A DNA stretch of 63,595 nt, filler included. It is 8 parts of 8 records of this genome, joined end to end, with 100 filler letters (N's around TTAATTAATTAA, not from the genome) between each part and the next. Parts side by side here need not be neighbours in the genome. Positions count along the whole stretch, not along the records: positions 27,522 to 34,369 come from SRR20825010_6792; positions 34,470 to 44,766 come from SRR20825010_6793; 6 more parts are not named here. The stretch is one strand, 5' to 3'. This document shows positions 28,541 through 38,607 of the stretch, one piece after another. The notes below the pieces were generated by a model. The model was not told the DNA's origin and made no database searches. It saw nothing but the letters and a program-made list of their open reading frames with translations. Both the position numbers and the translations under genes were made by a program. Within the stretch, counting starts at the first letter, position 1; each line of letters begins with the position of its first letter.

Positions 28541-29758
28541 TTGAATATCGCCCTGTACATAGCAAAAAGGTATCTGATTTCTAAAAGCAGTCAGAATGCA
28601 GTTAACATTATCAATTTTGTTACATTTTTGGTAATAGTAATTGGTGCAGCCTCTTTATTTGTTGTACTTTCTGCTTTTGCAGGACTTAAAACCTTAAGTC
28701 TTTCGTTTTCTAATTCTTTTGATCCCGACCTTAAAGCGGTTTCTACCGAAGGTAAATATTTCGATTTTACCGAAAACGATGCCCAAAACCTTAATAAAAT
28801 AGAAGGGATAGCCGATTATTCCAAAGAAATTGAAGAGCGGGTTTTCCTTACTTTCAAACAGAAAAATCATATAGCATATATCAAGGCTGTCGACAGTAAT
28901 TACACACATGTAACAGGCATTGATAGTATGTTGTATTACGGCAGTTGGATAGGAAAAGACCCCTACCAAGTAGTAAGTGGAATAGGAGTTGCAAATTTAT
29001 TGGGATTAGGGATTAACGATTATAGAAATCCGCTTGAAATTTTAGCGCCAAAACCAGGAGAAGGGAGTATTGCTACAGGAATTTCAGGCTCCCAAAGACC
29101 TTATAATGAACTATCGGTAACCCTTTCTGGGGTTTATGCAATAAACGACGATTTAGATAAAAAGTACGTATTTGCAAGCCTTTCCACCGTTCAGCCTTTA
29201 TTAGAGAAAAAAGAAAATCAAATCACAGGAATCAATTTTAAGATAAAACCTACAGCTCCTGTAGAATTAGTAAGCGCACAAATAGCAGCAGCATTAAGTA
29301 ATAAAGTAAGTTTAAAAACGCGTGCGCAACTCAACGATTCTCTTTATAAAATGCTCAATACCGAAAATTTGGTACTGTATCTCATCTTTACTTTGGTACT
29401 TATTATTGCACTTTTCAATGTTGTTGGCGCTATTATAATGATGATTCTCGATAAAAAAGACAACGCAACTACACTTTACAGTATGGGCGTATCTATAAAA
29501 CAACTAAAACGGATTTTCTTCTTACAGGGACTCCTAGTTACCGTTGTAGGCGGCATTGTAGGCATCGCTTTTGCATCGCTTTTAGTGTGGACACAAATTA
29601 CTTTTCAATGGATAAAACTTAGTCCAACCTTGGCATACCCTGTGGAATATAAGCTTATCAATATAGCCATTGTATTTGCCACAATTTTTGTTTTAGGATT
29701 TTTGGCATCCAAAATTGCTGCCAATCGAGTTAATAAACAACTTATTCAATATACTTAG
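28541..29758 (+). CDS. ABC transporter permease, LolC/E (FtsX-like) family
   Basis: IAKRYL start, one N-terminal TM, large periplasmic domain and three C-terminal TMs. Confidence 0.88.
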   Translation: MNIALYIAKRYLISKSSQNAVNIINFVTFLVIVIGAASLFVVLSAFAGLKTLSLSFSNSFDPDLKAVSTEGKYFDFTENDAQNLNKIEGIADYSKEIEERVFLTFKQKNHIAYIKAVDSNYTHVTGIDSMLYYGSWIGKDPYQVVSGIGVANLLGLGINDYRNPLEILAPKPGEGSIATGISGSQRPYNELSVTLSGVYAINDDLDKKYVFASLSTVQPLLEKKENQITGINFKIKPTAPVELVSAQIAAALSNKVSLKTRAQLNDSLYKMLNTENLVLYLIFTLVLIIALFNVVGAIIMMILDKKDNATTLYSMGVSIKQLKRIFFLQGLLVTVVGGIVGIAFASLLVWTQITFQWIKLSPTLAYPVEYKLINIAIVFATIFVLGFLASKIAANRVNKQLIQYT

Positions 29759-29864
29759 GAGCGCCAATTCTTGTGTAAATAGCTGTTGCTGTTTCCCGCT
29801 TTCGCCACTACACGGTAGTTGGCTCTATCGGGGCTAGCAGGTTTTGTTTGGGAGTTTAGATTTA

Positions 29865-30443
29865 TTAGCTACAGTATTTTTCAGCTTCATTAATATTTTT
29901 ATTAAGCTTTCTATTTGTTGTAATAAAATGTAAAATAATCATTCCATAAAACAATGATATTGGAACCTTCATAAAGATCCAATATGGATTATTACCTGAT
30001 ACTATTTGCCAAATTCCCATAATAAAAATTAAGATTACTAGGATTATTAGACTCCAGCTAGTTTTTATTCCATTGTTTAATTTGTCTACTATGCTTTTTA
30101 ATTCGTTATTAAGTTTATCAATTCCCTCAAATTCAACTTCAGAATTTATTTTTTTTAAATGCTTTAATAATTTAAGTTCAAAAAATTGATTAGGTAGGTT
30201 TATTACAAGGCTTAAACTTAAAATGGTCATTAGTCCCGATTTTTGCCAGATAAATATTTCATAATCAAATAGCTCAGGAATAATTGATAAAATTATTATT
30301 CCTACACTAATTATCGTAAAAGCTAAATTGAGAGTAATTGTTATTTTCAAAAACTCAATTCTTTTTTCAATTCCTTTTTTCGACTCTCCTAAATTTGATT
30401 TTAGAGAAACGATAATGTTTTTTCTTTCGTTCATTTTCTTCAA
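29865..30443 (-). CDS. Hypothetical 4-TM membrane protein
   Basis: 192-aa very AT-rich ORF with two hydrophobic hairpins. Confidence 0.7.
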   Translation of the reverse strand: MKKMNERKNIIVSLKSNLGESKKGIEKRIEFLKITITLNLAFTIISVGIIILSIIPELFDYEIFIWQKSGLMTILSLSLVINLPNQFFELKLLKHLKKINSEVEFEGIDKLNNELKSIVDKLNNGIKTSWSLIILVILIFIMGIWQIVSGNNPYWIFMKVPISLFYGMIILHFITTNRKLNKNINEAEKYCS

Positions 30444-30547
30444 AGGTATTGTCTCCTAAATATAGGAACAGATTATAATTGAATTCATGCTGCTAATTTC
30501 AATGTAATCATTTGAGGTTTAAATCCCTCATAGAAGGTCTAATTCCC

Positions 30548-30642
30548 CAACGCCTGCCCTGAGTCTATCGAAGGGTTTTGCGTTGAAATAGATTAAATTA
30601 TTTTTCTTTGAATACCTCGCGGGCTTGTTCCGAGGTAGTTAA
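30548..30642. repeat. Palindromic intergenic repeat (REP/MITE-like), homologous to 34470-34562
   Basis: CAACGC...GCGTTG outer stem, then AATACCTCGCGGGCTTGTTCCGAGGTAGTTAA; 25/32 identity by eye with the copy at 34531. Confidence 0.65.
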
Positions 30643-30663
30643 TTAAATTATTGAAGTTACTCT

Positions 30664-31824
30664 TTAATTGTCAAAATAGTTCTCAATCTCAAATTCAAAT
30701 TCAGATTTTTCTTCAGGTTTTATGGTAATATTTCCATAGGTTCCAATTACTTCCGCTTCAGATTCCCAATTTCCTTTTGTAAGCTTAAATTGTGCAGGGC
30801 TTTTAAGTTTTAATTTTATTTCCCGCTCTAAATCGGAAATTCTTTCTAATTCTATTTTTTCTGGATTCCAATCTCCTAAATTCTCTTGATTTCCTGTAAT
30901 GTATATGGTATCGTCTTTGTTTAAAACCTTTACTTTTATTGTAGTATCATATTCTTTTTTGCTTAGTTCCTTTTCCTGTAAATCATGGATGTTTTCGAAA
31001 TAAAAATCAAGTGCTTTATTTAAACTAACTGGAAAGGTATTCCAATGATTGTTTTCAGGGAATTTATCGATTTTAACTTTCAAGTTATCATTCTTTATTG
31101 ACTTGTTAAAAAAGGAATATACTTTCTCTCTAGCAGGTTTCCATTCCTGCCAGTATTTTATACCTTCATTTGCATTGCTTAAGTATAAATAAGTAGGTTT
31201 CTCTATTTTAGAATAATCAAAATTTACAAGTTTGTTTGCTAATTTGTCGTTATCATACGCAAGGTTTGGCGAAATAGCTATGTAATCGTTAAACAAGGAA
31301 TGATTTTTAATAAAAATATCTAAAACAAAGGAAGCACTTAATGAGTGTCCAATTGCTATTTTATTATTTAATGTTCTGTAATGAGAATCGATATATGGCA
31401 CGACTTCAGTGCTTACATAAGCAAAGAAATTATTAGCATTTCCAGAATATTTCCCGTACTTGTCAATAGAGTTTTTGGCTTCTAAAACAGGCAATAGGTC
31501 ATTATTTCTAGAGTAATCAAGTCCTTCATTATAAGGCGAAGTAATTCCAACAACAATAAAAGAATTGGTATTGTCGGTCAAAAAGGAAATTATAGAACTT
31601 GTATAATCAAAAAACTCTCTACTGTGGCTGTCAAATACATAGATTACGTTAAAGTATTCGTTAACTCGCCAATCGTAATCAATAGGAGTATAAATTAAGA
31701 TCTCCCTTTCTTGATTTAAAGATTTTGATTGGATTTTTACATTTTCAACTCGGGCAATATTTTGACCAAATGTTACACTTGTCCATAGGGCAATCAAAAT
31801 AATTATTATAATATTTTTCATCAT
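30664..31824 (-). CDS. Exported alpha/beta hydrolase (IroE/Fes-like esterase) with C-terminal CBM20-like domain
   Basis: Signal peptide, VIYVFD, nucleophile elbow GHSLSA, ENNHW; C-terminal IYITGNQENLGDWNP..FKLTKGNW. Confidence 0.8.
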   Translation of the reverse strand: MMKNIIIIILIALWTSVTFGQNIARVENVKIQSKSLNQEREILIYTPIDYDWRVNEYFNVIYVFDSHSREFFDYTSSIISFLTDNTNSFIVVGITSPYNEGLDYSRNNDLLPVLEAKNSIDKYGKYSGNANNFFAYVSTEVVPYIDSHYRTLNNKIAIGHSLSASFVLDIFIKNHSLFNDYIAISPNLAYDNDKLANKLVNFDYSKIEKPTYLYLSNANEGIKYWQEWKPAREKVYSFFNKSIKNDNLKVKIDKFPENNHWNTFPVSLNKALDFYFENIHDLQEKELSKKEYDTTIKVKVLNKDDTIYITGNQENLGDWNPEKIELERISDLEREIKLKLKSPAQFKLTKGNWESEAEVIGTYGNITIKPEEKSEFEFEIENYFDN

Positions 31825-31884
31825 AGTTGTATCGGTTTTGTTTAGTTATAAAAAATATTTTTGCTTGGTATAGAGAGCTGTTTT

Positions 31885-32979
31885 TTATGGCTCTTTATCG
31901 GCTATCAATTCCATAAAAAAATCTGATAATTTAGAAGCTCCATTATCTCCGCCATCGTCTATATTAGATAAAATTATAACGGTATACTTGTCTTTCATAA
32001 AATCCATTAATTCGCAATGAATTCCGTACCAACCTCCAGCATGACCAATAATGGTTTGATTGTATCTTTGGTCAACACCAATTCCATAGCCCATATTTGT
32101 ATTGTAACCTTTCACTTTTGGTTCAAACATCAATTCAGTTGTTCTTTTATTCAAAAGTTTATAATTTCTTAAGGCTTTTGAAAAGTTGAATAAGTCGCTT
32201 ATAGTAGAATAATAAAAGCCTCCTGGTGATGCTTTTGTTAAATAGTAGTCATTTTTCTTGAGAGTTTTATTTTCTCCAAACATCGACGTATATCCACTTG
32301 CTTTGTTTTTCACAATAGAATCAATTTCTAATTCGGTAGTGTTGTACATTTCCGCAGGTTTTAAAATGGCGTCCTTTACATAGTTGTAATAGTTTTTACC
32401 ACTAACTTTTTCTATAATTAGTCCAAGTATTACGAAACCTGAAGCACTATAATCATACTTAGTACCGGGTTTGGATAAAAGTGTATCGTTAACAAAAAGT
32501 GGAACAAAATCTGAAGTTTTCTGATAATCAATATTCTTTATCTTATCCCAGTCTGCAACGTAAAAGTTATTAAGACCCGAAGTGTGTGTTAGTAGCTGAT
32601 GAATGGTAACGGAATCTCTAACAATTTTGTTGGAATATTCGGGTAAATAGTCGCCAACAGGACTTTTTAATTTTATCTTTCCTTGCTCATATAGTTGTAG
32701 GGTTGCAACAGTCGTAAACAATTTGGTAATAGAAGCTATGTTGAATTTGGTATCGATATTGTTTTTTACGTTAAATTCAATATTTGCTAGTCCATAAGCT
32801 CGTTTCTCTATTATTTTGTTGTTATGTGCAATTAGTACTGTTCCCGAAAAATCGTCTTCACTTAAATTGTTAAGAAATAAATTGATTTCAGATTCTTTTT
32901 CAGTACCCGATTGTCCGAAACATAAAATTCCAGTCAATAAAAAAAGGATGATTATATAGTTTTTTGTTCTAATTGTCAT
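31885..32979 (-). CDS. Serine hydrolase, beta-lactamase class C/PBP-like
   Basis: FNIASITK (SxxK), LLTHTSG, YSAS (YxN variant) and GHAGG. Confidence 0.88.
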   Translation of the reverse strand: MTIRTKNYIIILFLLTGILCFGQSGTEKESEINLFLNNLSEDDFSGTVLIAHNNKIIEKRAYGLANIEFNVKNNIDTKFNIASITKLFTTVATLQLYEQGKIKLKSPVGDYLPEYSNKIVRDSVTIHQLLTHTSGLNNFYVADWDKIKNIDYQKTSDFVPLFVNDTLLSKPGTKYDYSASGFVILGLIIEKVSGKNYYNYVKDAILKPAEMYNTTELEIDSIVKNKASGYTSMFGENKTLKKNDYYLTKASPGGFYYSTISDLFNFSKALRNYKLLNKRTTELMFEPKVKGYNTNMGYGIGVDQRYNQTIIGHAGGWYGIHCELMDFMKDKYTVIILSNIDDGGDNGASKLSDFFMELIADKEP

Positions 32980-32991
32980 ACTCTATGCTTT

Positions 32992-34212
32992 TTATAAGTT
33001 GTTGGAAAAATTTCTAGGCACCCTAATCGGGATCAATTCTTTATATGTTAAGCATCGCCACACCCATTCTAATGGTCCGAATCTGAAATATTTTAACCAA
33101 ACCTTACTCCATATAATTTGAACGATAAAAACTATAATTGCAAGGATAAGTGCTTCTGATGGACTTAAAGTTTCATAAAGTTTAAACCCTATTGATGAAA
33201 ATAGAATTAGACCAATAAAGCTTTGCATTATGTAGTTAGTTAAAGCCATTCTACCTACATATTTTAAGGGAGACAAGACCTTTTTCCATTTAGTATTGTA
33301 GTATAACCAGCCAATAAGCCATAGGTAGAATAATCCCATTACAACGTCTGAAATCACCATTGCCTTGACGAATAATTCTCTATAATTTTCTAGTTTAAAA
33401 ATTTTAAGATCTACTAAAACAAACAGAAATGCTATTCTGTAAATATTTGTAATAGCAGTTATCAATAGTATGGGTGTTTTTATTTGCTGAATAAATGACT
33501 CTAATGAGTTATAAATTTTGTTTTTACCGAGGTAAAGCCCCAATAAAAACATTGAAAAGGCTATGGGTGCTAAAAATCCGAAAAGCATTGGAATATTAGA
33601 AATATATTCTAAAATCCTTAATTTTAAACCTTCCAAATAAGTTCCATGTTTAATTATTTTGTTTACCATTGCTCCCGTATACTCTTTTAAATAGACTTCT
33701 GGTTGGAAATTTATAAGACTGAATAAAAATTCAAAAACCTGATTATAAAACGGAAAAAAAAGAAAGACACCCGATAGAATAAGAATTAATTTGTTTGGCC
33801 ATTTTATTATAAGTGTAGTAAACAAGCCAAGAATAGCATAAAGATTTAAAACATCTCCAGACCATAATAATATAATATGTAAAACTCCAATTAAAAATAG
33901 GATTAACATACGCCTTCCAAAAAAGGAAAATAATAATCTATTTTCATCAAGCATTTTTAATGCTTGTATTGAAATACCTAATCCAAAAAGCAGTGAGAAT
34001 ATCGGGAAGAATTTAGTGTAAAAAAATAACTGAAGTATTTTCTCCGAAATTTGGTCAATGTTAGAAGTAAACTGTAAAGCAAATTCGTCCTGATTTAAAA
34101 AGGTTGAATTCATAATGGTAATATTGACAACAAATATTCCTAAGATTGCAAATCCTCGGAATATATCTAATATTTCAATTCGTTTTTTTGATTTAGTTGG
34201 TTGGGTGTTCAA
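32992..34212 (-). CDS. DUF418 (YeiB-like) membrane protein
   Basis: LDIFRGFAILGI, GRMALTNY and GPLEWVWR. Confidence 0.9.
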   Translation of the reverse strand: MNTQPTKSKKRIEILDIFRGFAILGIFVVNITIMNSTFLNQDEFALQFTSNIDQISEKILQLFFYTKFFPIFSLLFGLGISIQALKMLDENRLLFSFFGRRMLILFLIGVLHIILLWSGDVLNLYAILGLFTTLIIKWPNKLILILSGVFLFFPFYNQVFEFLFSLINFQPEVYLKEYTGAMVNKIIKHGTYLEGLKLRILEYISNIPMLFGFLAPIAFSMFLLGLYLGKNKIYNSLESFIQQIKTPILLITAITNIYRIAFLFVLVDLKIFKLENYRELFVKAMVISDVVMGLFYLWLIGWLYYNTKWKKVLSPLKYVGRMALTNYIMQSFIGLILFSSIGFKLYETLSPSEALILAIIVFIVQIIWSKVWLKYFRFGPLEWVWRCLTYKELIPIRVPRNFSNNL

Positions 34213-34469
34213 TTTTCTCTATAGTATTTAGGCATAAACCAAATATACGTTAAAATAGCTTTGTTGTAATTTAACAACGTGTATTGCAAGGGGTAAGGGT
34301 TCTATTTTGAGAACCTCATTTAAACCTTGATATAAGTGGGTTCAATAAATTCCGTTAACTTTTATCGGANNNNNNNNNNNNNNNNNNNNNNNNNNNNNNN
34401 NNNNNNNNNNNNNTTAATTAATTAANNNNNNNNNNNNNNNNNNNNNNNNNNNNNNNNNNNNNNNNNNNN

Positions 34470-34562
34470 CCGACGCTTGCCTGCCCGTTCCATTCAGGCT
34501 GGCGTCGAAATATAAAATTAGGGTTCTTTCAATGCTTCGCGGACTTGCCCCGGGGTAGTTTA
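34470..34562. repeat. Palindromic intergenic repeat (REP/MITE-like), homologous to 30548-30642
   Basis: CGACGC...GCGTCG outer stem, then AATGCTTCGCGGACTTGCCCCGGGGTAGTTTA. Confidence 0.65.
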
Positions 34563-34789
34563 CTGTTTATTAGAACCCTGTTTCCTACGCTTATCGGGAT
34601 CAGTATCCAAAAACTTTGGGAGTCCACATTTGGCAAAAGGCAGTGGGCAGTGAAATCCGTTTTTTTTTTTTTTGCTTACTGCCAATTGACCACTTATTAC
34701 CCAGTCTCTGCCAAGGAATTCCATTCCGTTCCAAAACTTCTGCCTTTAACGTCCCTAACATCTTTTGCTTTCTTGTTTCGGGATTATTT

Positions 34790-35125
34790 TTATCCAAAAT
34801 CATTATCCGTTATTATTTTAAAAACTAAATTATGTAACTCCTCATTAACTGGAATTTGGCATGCCAATCTACTTTGAGGGCAGGCCTCATCCAGATGGAA
34901 CAAGGTCTGTTTTTCTTCTTTTTGCATTTTCGAACTTAAAGAGCCTTCAAGAATATGTATATGGCAAGTTCCGCACCATGCCCTGCCCTTACAGTCTCCC
35001 CATTCCTGTAAATATTTGTCAAAAAGTAGTTCCATGAGGCTATGGTATTCGTTTGGCCTACAAGTGGCAGAATTGGTGTCCCCAAATTCGTCTAAATAGG
35101 TAAAAGTGTAAGGTTCCAGCTTCAT
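34790..35125 (-). CDS. 2Fe-2S ferredoxin, adrenodoxin type
   Basis: CKGRAWCGTCH and SRLACQ. Confidence 0.9.
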   Translation of the reverse strand: MKLEPYTFTYLDEFGDTNSATCRPNEYHSLMELLFDKYLQEWGDCKGRAWCGTCHIHILEGSLSSKMQKEEKQTLFHLDEACPQSRLACQIPVNEELHNLVFKIITDNDFG

Positions 35126-35131
35126 TTATCT

Positions 35132-35425
35132 TTAAATAAGAATCGCTACAATGGTCAAGATACTGAAAAGGACGCTCATAACTAATAGGTTAAAAGTTGC
35201 TTTAGCACTTAATCTGGCCAAAACGGCACCGTTATAGGCCATACATAAAATAGTTACCAGAAACAGCAAGGTCAATTTAATACCGGCAGGAATGTGGTTC
35301 ATAAGGACTACCATGGCGGCAACAGACCCAATACAACTTTGGCCTATAATGGCAATGGTGGAATACCCGGTTTGTTCCCTTTTAAATTCACTTAATAATT
35401 GATTGTAAAGTCTCATAATCATCAT
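35132..35425 (-). CDS. Small 3-TM membrane protein
   Basis: Hydrophobic 97-aa ORF with 6- and 9-nt gaps to its neighbours. Confidence 0.75.
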   Translation of the reverse strand: MMIMRLYNQLLSEFKREQTGYSTIAIIGQSCIGSVAAMVVLMNHIPAGIKLTLLFLVTILCMAYNGAVLARLSAKATFNLLVMSVLFSILTIVAILI

Positions 35426-35434
35426 ATTTAAGTG

Positions 35435-35896
35435 TTATTCCCAAAATCTATCTGTGGTATTTTCCAAAAATTTGGTTTGGTTATGATGTTCTAAAATGAA
35501 TTGTAATTGTTGTTCGGTAGCCACCTTCTGAATTTCATTGAACAGTACCCTTTCTTCAAATCGGATATGTTGTTCCAGTTCTTCCTCTATATGGTTTAAG
35601 GACTTTTTTAATTCGGAGGTACTCTTGAAAAGGCGATCTAGTCTACGATGTTGTGCAATGGCCTTTTTTACCAAGATGTGGTCATTTCCAAGAATTGGGA
35701 AGAGGTGTTTTTCCTCCTCTTCAAAATGGGGGGTCAAATAGGTTTTGTAAAACCAATCAGCGTAGGTCTTTATCCGATCTGTAGACACTCCTTTGGAAAG
35801 ACCGGTCCTAATTTTCCATGACAATAACAAACCTTGATGGTGTTCCCTGCTCAAAGGTTGTATGGCTTTATGTCTTTTTATAGGTTTAACTTTCAT
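35435..35896 (-). CDS. Hemerythrin-like domain protein
   Basis: LSREHH, HFEEEE, H and HIRFEE di-iron ligand pattern. Confidence 0.85.
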   Translation of the reverse strand: MKVKPIKRHKAIQPLSREHHQGLLLSWKIRTGLSKGVSTDRIKTYADWFYKTYLTPHFEEEEKHLFPILGNDHILVKKAIAQHRRLDRLFKSTSELKKSLNHIEEELEQHIRFEERVLFNEIQKVATEQQLQFILEHHNQTKFLENTTDRFWE

Positions 35897-36083
35897 ATCA
35901 AATTGTTTTTATATGGTTATGGCCAAGGCTGAGGGAGGTACTACCAATGTGCTGTGCTTGACAGTTAAGGGGCCTTGTAGGCCAATGAGGCACGGCGGGG
36001 GGGATTATCTTAGTATTATGCCGCACCTTATTGGCTACAAAATTGGCCTCCAGGGGATAGGGTTATTGGTTTTTTGGCAACGC

Positions 36084-36809
36084 TTAAGCGCTTAATTCTT
36101 TTTCCAGCGCAATAGCTTTTGGGAAGAGTATATTATTCTCCAAATGTATATGTCTATGCAGATCCTCTTCAAATTCCTGTAGTAGGGAAAATGTTACCCT
36201 ATAGGTGTTGCAGGCATCTGCAGGTGGATTATAGTTATTGCTCAACTTCTCTATAAGTCTAAATCTGTCACCTTCGTTCTCATGCTCCATCATCATCATT
36301 TGTATAGGATTTTGAATAGTGCCAAAATGTTGTTCTGCCAGTGTACTACCGTATTGTTTGCTCTGTATCATTTTGCGGACGGCAGGGAAGACGATGAGTT
36401 CCTCTTTTTTCATGTGCATGGCCAATTCTCCGGCACTTTTATTGAAATGCTCCGTAATTTCATAAAGCTCTGGATGCCGATCTCCATGTACCCGACATAG
36501 CTTGGCCAGATATTGATTTAGAATAGGTATTTGTGCCTCCACATATCTATGATGTTTTTTCTCTATATAATCTGCCAATAGGTCCAAGGGCCATGTTTTA
36601 AAATCGATATTGTCATTATTGGTCTGATGCTGCACCGTTTCAATTTCCTGTAAAAGTAGATTGGGGTCCAGTTTACTTTTTTCGGCAACCTCTACAATAC
36701 TTCGGTTGCCCTTACAACAAAAATCTATTTTATGATTTTTGAACACTTGTGCCGTACGGTAGTTTTCTGCTACTATTTCACCAATGTTTTTGGTCATTAA
36801 GTTTTCCAT
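36084..36809 (-). CDS. ric: Iron-sulfur cluster repair di-iron protein (RIC/YtfE/ScdA)
   Basis: IDFCCKG, HHRY, HMKKEE, MEHE and HIHLENNILFP. Confidence 0.96.
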   Translation of the reverse strand: MENLMTKNIGEIVAENYRTAQVFKNHKIDFCCKGNRSIVEVAEKSKLDPNLLLQEIETVQHQTNNDNIDFKTWPLDLLADYIEKKHHRYVEAQIPILNQYLAKLCRVHGDRHPELYEITEHFNKSAGELAMHMKKEELIVFPAVRKMIQSKQYGSTLAEQHFGTIQNPIQMMMMEHENEGDRFRLIEKLSNNYNPPADACNTYRVTFSLLQEFEEDLHRHIHLENNILFPKAIALEKELSA

Positions 36810-36814
36810 AGTTA

Positions 36815-37120
36815 TTAATTTTTAAAATTTATAATTGAATCTGTCGCCATAATGGCTACTGCTTTAAAATCCTTTAATACGGTAAGACTATGTTCCAATC
36901 CTGCCGGAACCAACATGGTAGAACCTTTCTTCAATATGTAATTAGTATCCTTGGTCTTAAGGATTGCCTTACCTTCTTGGACAACAATGACGGCTTCATG
37001 TGAACTGCTGTGTTCTGGCATCCCCATGTTCGCCGAGGCTTGAATTTGTAGTACTTTAAGCTTTTTACCTATCTCAAGGTGCGTCAATTGTGGCCTGTTC
37101 AATACTTCCATAATGTTCAT
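36815..37120 (-). CDS. Cupin domain protein
   Basis: MPEHSSSHEA..VQEG and PAGLEHSL; start at 37120 or 37111. Confidence 0.82.
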   Translation of the reverse strand: MNIMEVLNRPQLTHLEIGKKLKVLQIQASANMGMPEHSSSHEAVIVVQEGKAILKTKDTNYILKKGSTMLVPAGLEHSLTVLKDFKAVAIMATDSIINFKN

Positions 37121-38027
37121 TTTTATGATTAATTCCCCAATTTTGTTTTTCGATTTCCGTCCATAAACTTGGAAAGAATTTTCGTTGCTGATATTTTGGA
37201 TGGAGGTATTTTTTCCAATCCGAACCACCAGTAGCCTGTTTGTTTTCTCCTTTTTGGTCCAAATAATGTTCGGCAGTGCTTAAATGGACCATTGGCCAGT
37301 CTATATTGTATAGCCTGTCGAAGGTGCGAAGTCTATTTCTGAGTGCATCCGGGACATAGGGCAGTTGGTCCAACTTGTCTTCCAAGGTATTCCCCATTAC
37401 AGTTTTGGCTGTTTCTGTCAACTTTGGGAGATATTTTTCCTCAAATAGTTGAAGTGTCAAGGTCTTTTTGCCAGTTTTGGGATCTGTTCCGGCATCTTTC
37501 CAATAAATATGTTCAAAACATTCCCTTAAATCTGGATTGTTGGAACGTTCTTTTTTAAATCTCTGGCTAATTAAATTTACCAAGGAGGTACAGTGCAGTT
37601 CAATAAACCGGAATTGCACGGATTGAAAGCCACTGGCAGGGGTTAAGGTTTTTCGAAAGGTATTGTAATCCTCATAGTCCATTCCGACCTTCATGATATC
37701 AAAGGAATTGATAAGCATGGAGGTGTAATGTATAAGTCGGTCCACTTTATTAATGAGAAAGGCAGTAGTAGGTATTTTTTCATCTACTATCTGTTCTAAT
37801 TCATGGAGCATCATCTTCAGGTACAATTCGGTAACTTGATGGTACATGATAAAAATGGACTCATCCTTAAAATTGGTCCTCGGCCTTTGAAGGGAAAGCA
37901 GGGTCTCCACTTCTACATAATCCCAATAGGTAATAGGCTTTGCGTGTAGTAGGCCCTCCAGATAGGTGTCGGGATTTTCCCCAAGGGAGTGGTATTTTTC
38001 GACTAATTTGTTGGTAATGTTTAACAT
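37074..38027 (-). CDS. Tryptophan 2,3-dioxygenase family protein
   Basis: YWDY..LLSLQ, FIMYHQVTEL, PASGFQSVQFR and ATGGS motifs. Confidence 0.92.
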   Translation of the reverse strand: MLNITNKLVEKYHSLGENPDTYLEGLLHAKPITYWDYVEVETLLSLQRPRTNFKDESIFIMYHQVTELYLKMMLHELEQIVDEKIPTTAFLINKVDRLIHYTSMLINSFDIMKVGMDYEDYNTFRKTLTPASGFQSVQFRFIELHCTSLVNLISQRFKKERSNNPDLRECFEHIYWKDAGTDPKTGKKTLTLQLFEEKYLPKLTETAKTVMGNTLEDKLDQLPYVPDALRNRLRTFDRLYNIDWPMVHLSTAEHYLDQKGENKQATGGSDWKKYLHPKYQQRKFFPSLWTEIEKQNWGINHKNEHYGSIEQATIDAP

Positions 38028-38129
38028 GGACAGATTGTTATTGATTTAATGTTAATATTGACAACATGGTTCGTTCGTTTTTAAATTTAAAGAGTTTAAT
38101 ACCTTTTTATCTTTTATTAGTTTAAATTT

Positions 38130-38564
38130 TTATCTCTTTAGATGGGTTAGACCCATATCCAATCCTGTGGCCAATTCATAAAGGCTTGTGTTTTGCAGCA
38201 TGATCTTTAGATTGTCCCTAATCCCCACAAATTTATCATGAACAGGACAAGGTTGGCTGGCATCGCATTGTTCCAGACCCAGACCACAGCCAACAAATAT
38301 TTTGTCACCGTCTATGGCATGTACTATATCGTGTAATTTAATGGTATCTATTTTAGGTTCTTCGATCTGGAATCCTCCTGTAGGGCCTTTATGGGAATCT
38401 ATAATCCCACTCTTGGCCAAGGACTGCAATATTTTTGCGGTAAATGCCACGGGAGAATTTACCTCCTCTGCTATCTCCTTAAGGCTTACACGCTCTTGCC
38501 GCAAAGATTTTACTGCTATGTATATGGTAGCTTTAATTCCGTACTCGCAGGCCTTTGAAAACAT
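38130..38564 (-). CDS. Rrf2 family transcriptional regulator with three C-terminal Cys
   Basis: SHKGPTGGF wing, IVHAIDG and CGLGLEQCDASQPCPVH. Confidence 0.93.
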   Translation of the reverse strand: MFSKACEYGIKATIYIAVKSLRQERVSLKEIAEEVNSPVAFTAKILQSLAKSGIIDSHKGPTGGFQIEEPKIDTIKLHDIVHAIDGDKIFVGCGLGLEQCDASQPCPVHDKFVGIRDNLKIMLQNTSLYELATGLDMGLTHLKR

Positions 38565-38607
38565 ATTGATACTATATTAAATCGTTACAAATATAATGCT
38601 TATTCTT

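Noticed and set aside
29855-30470. Possible integron-like cassette (ORF ends in ACTGTAGCTAA, resembling an attC inverse core)
   Set aside because: No matching GTTAGCTACA core site, no second cassette and no integrase are visible.
35897-36083. 187-bp gap between ric and the hemerythrin gene, checked for a decayed globin or small ORF
   Set aside because: No recognisable coding remnant or convincing structure by eye.
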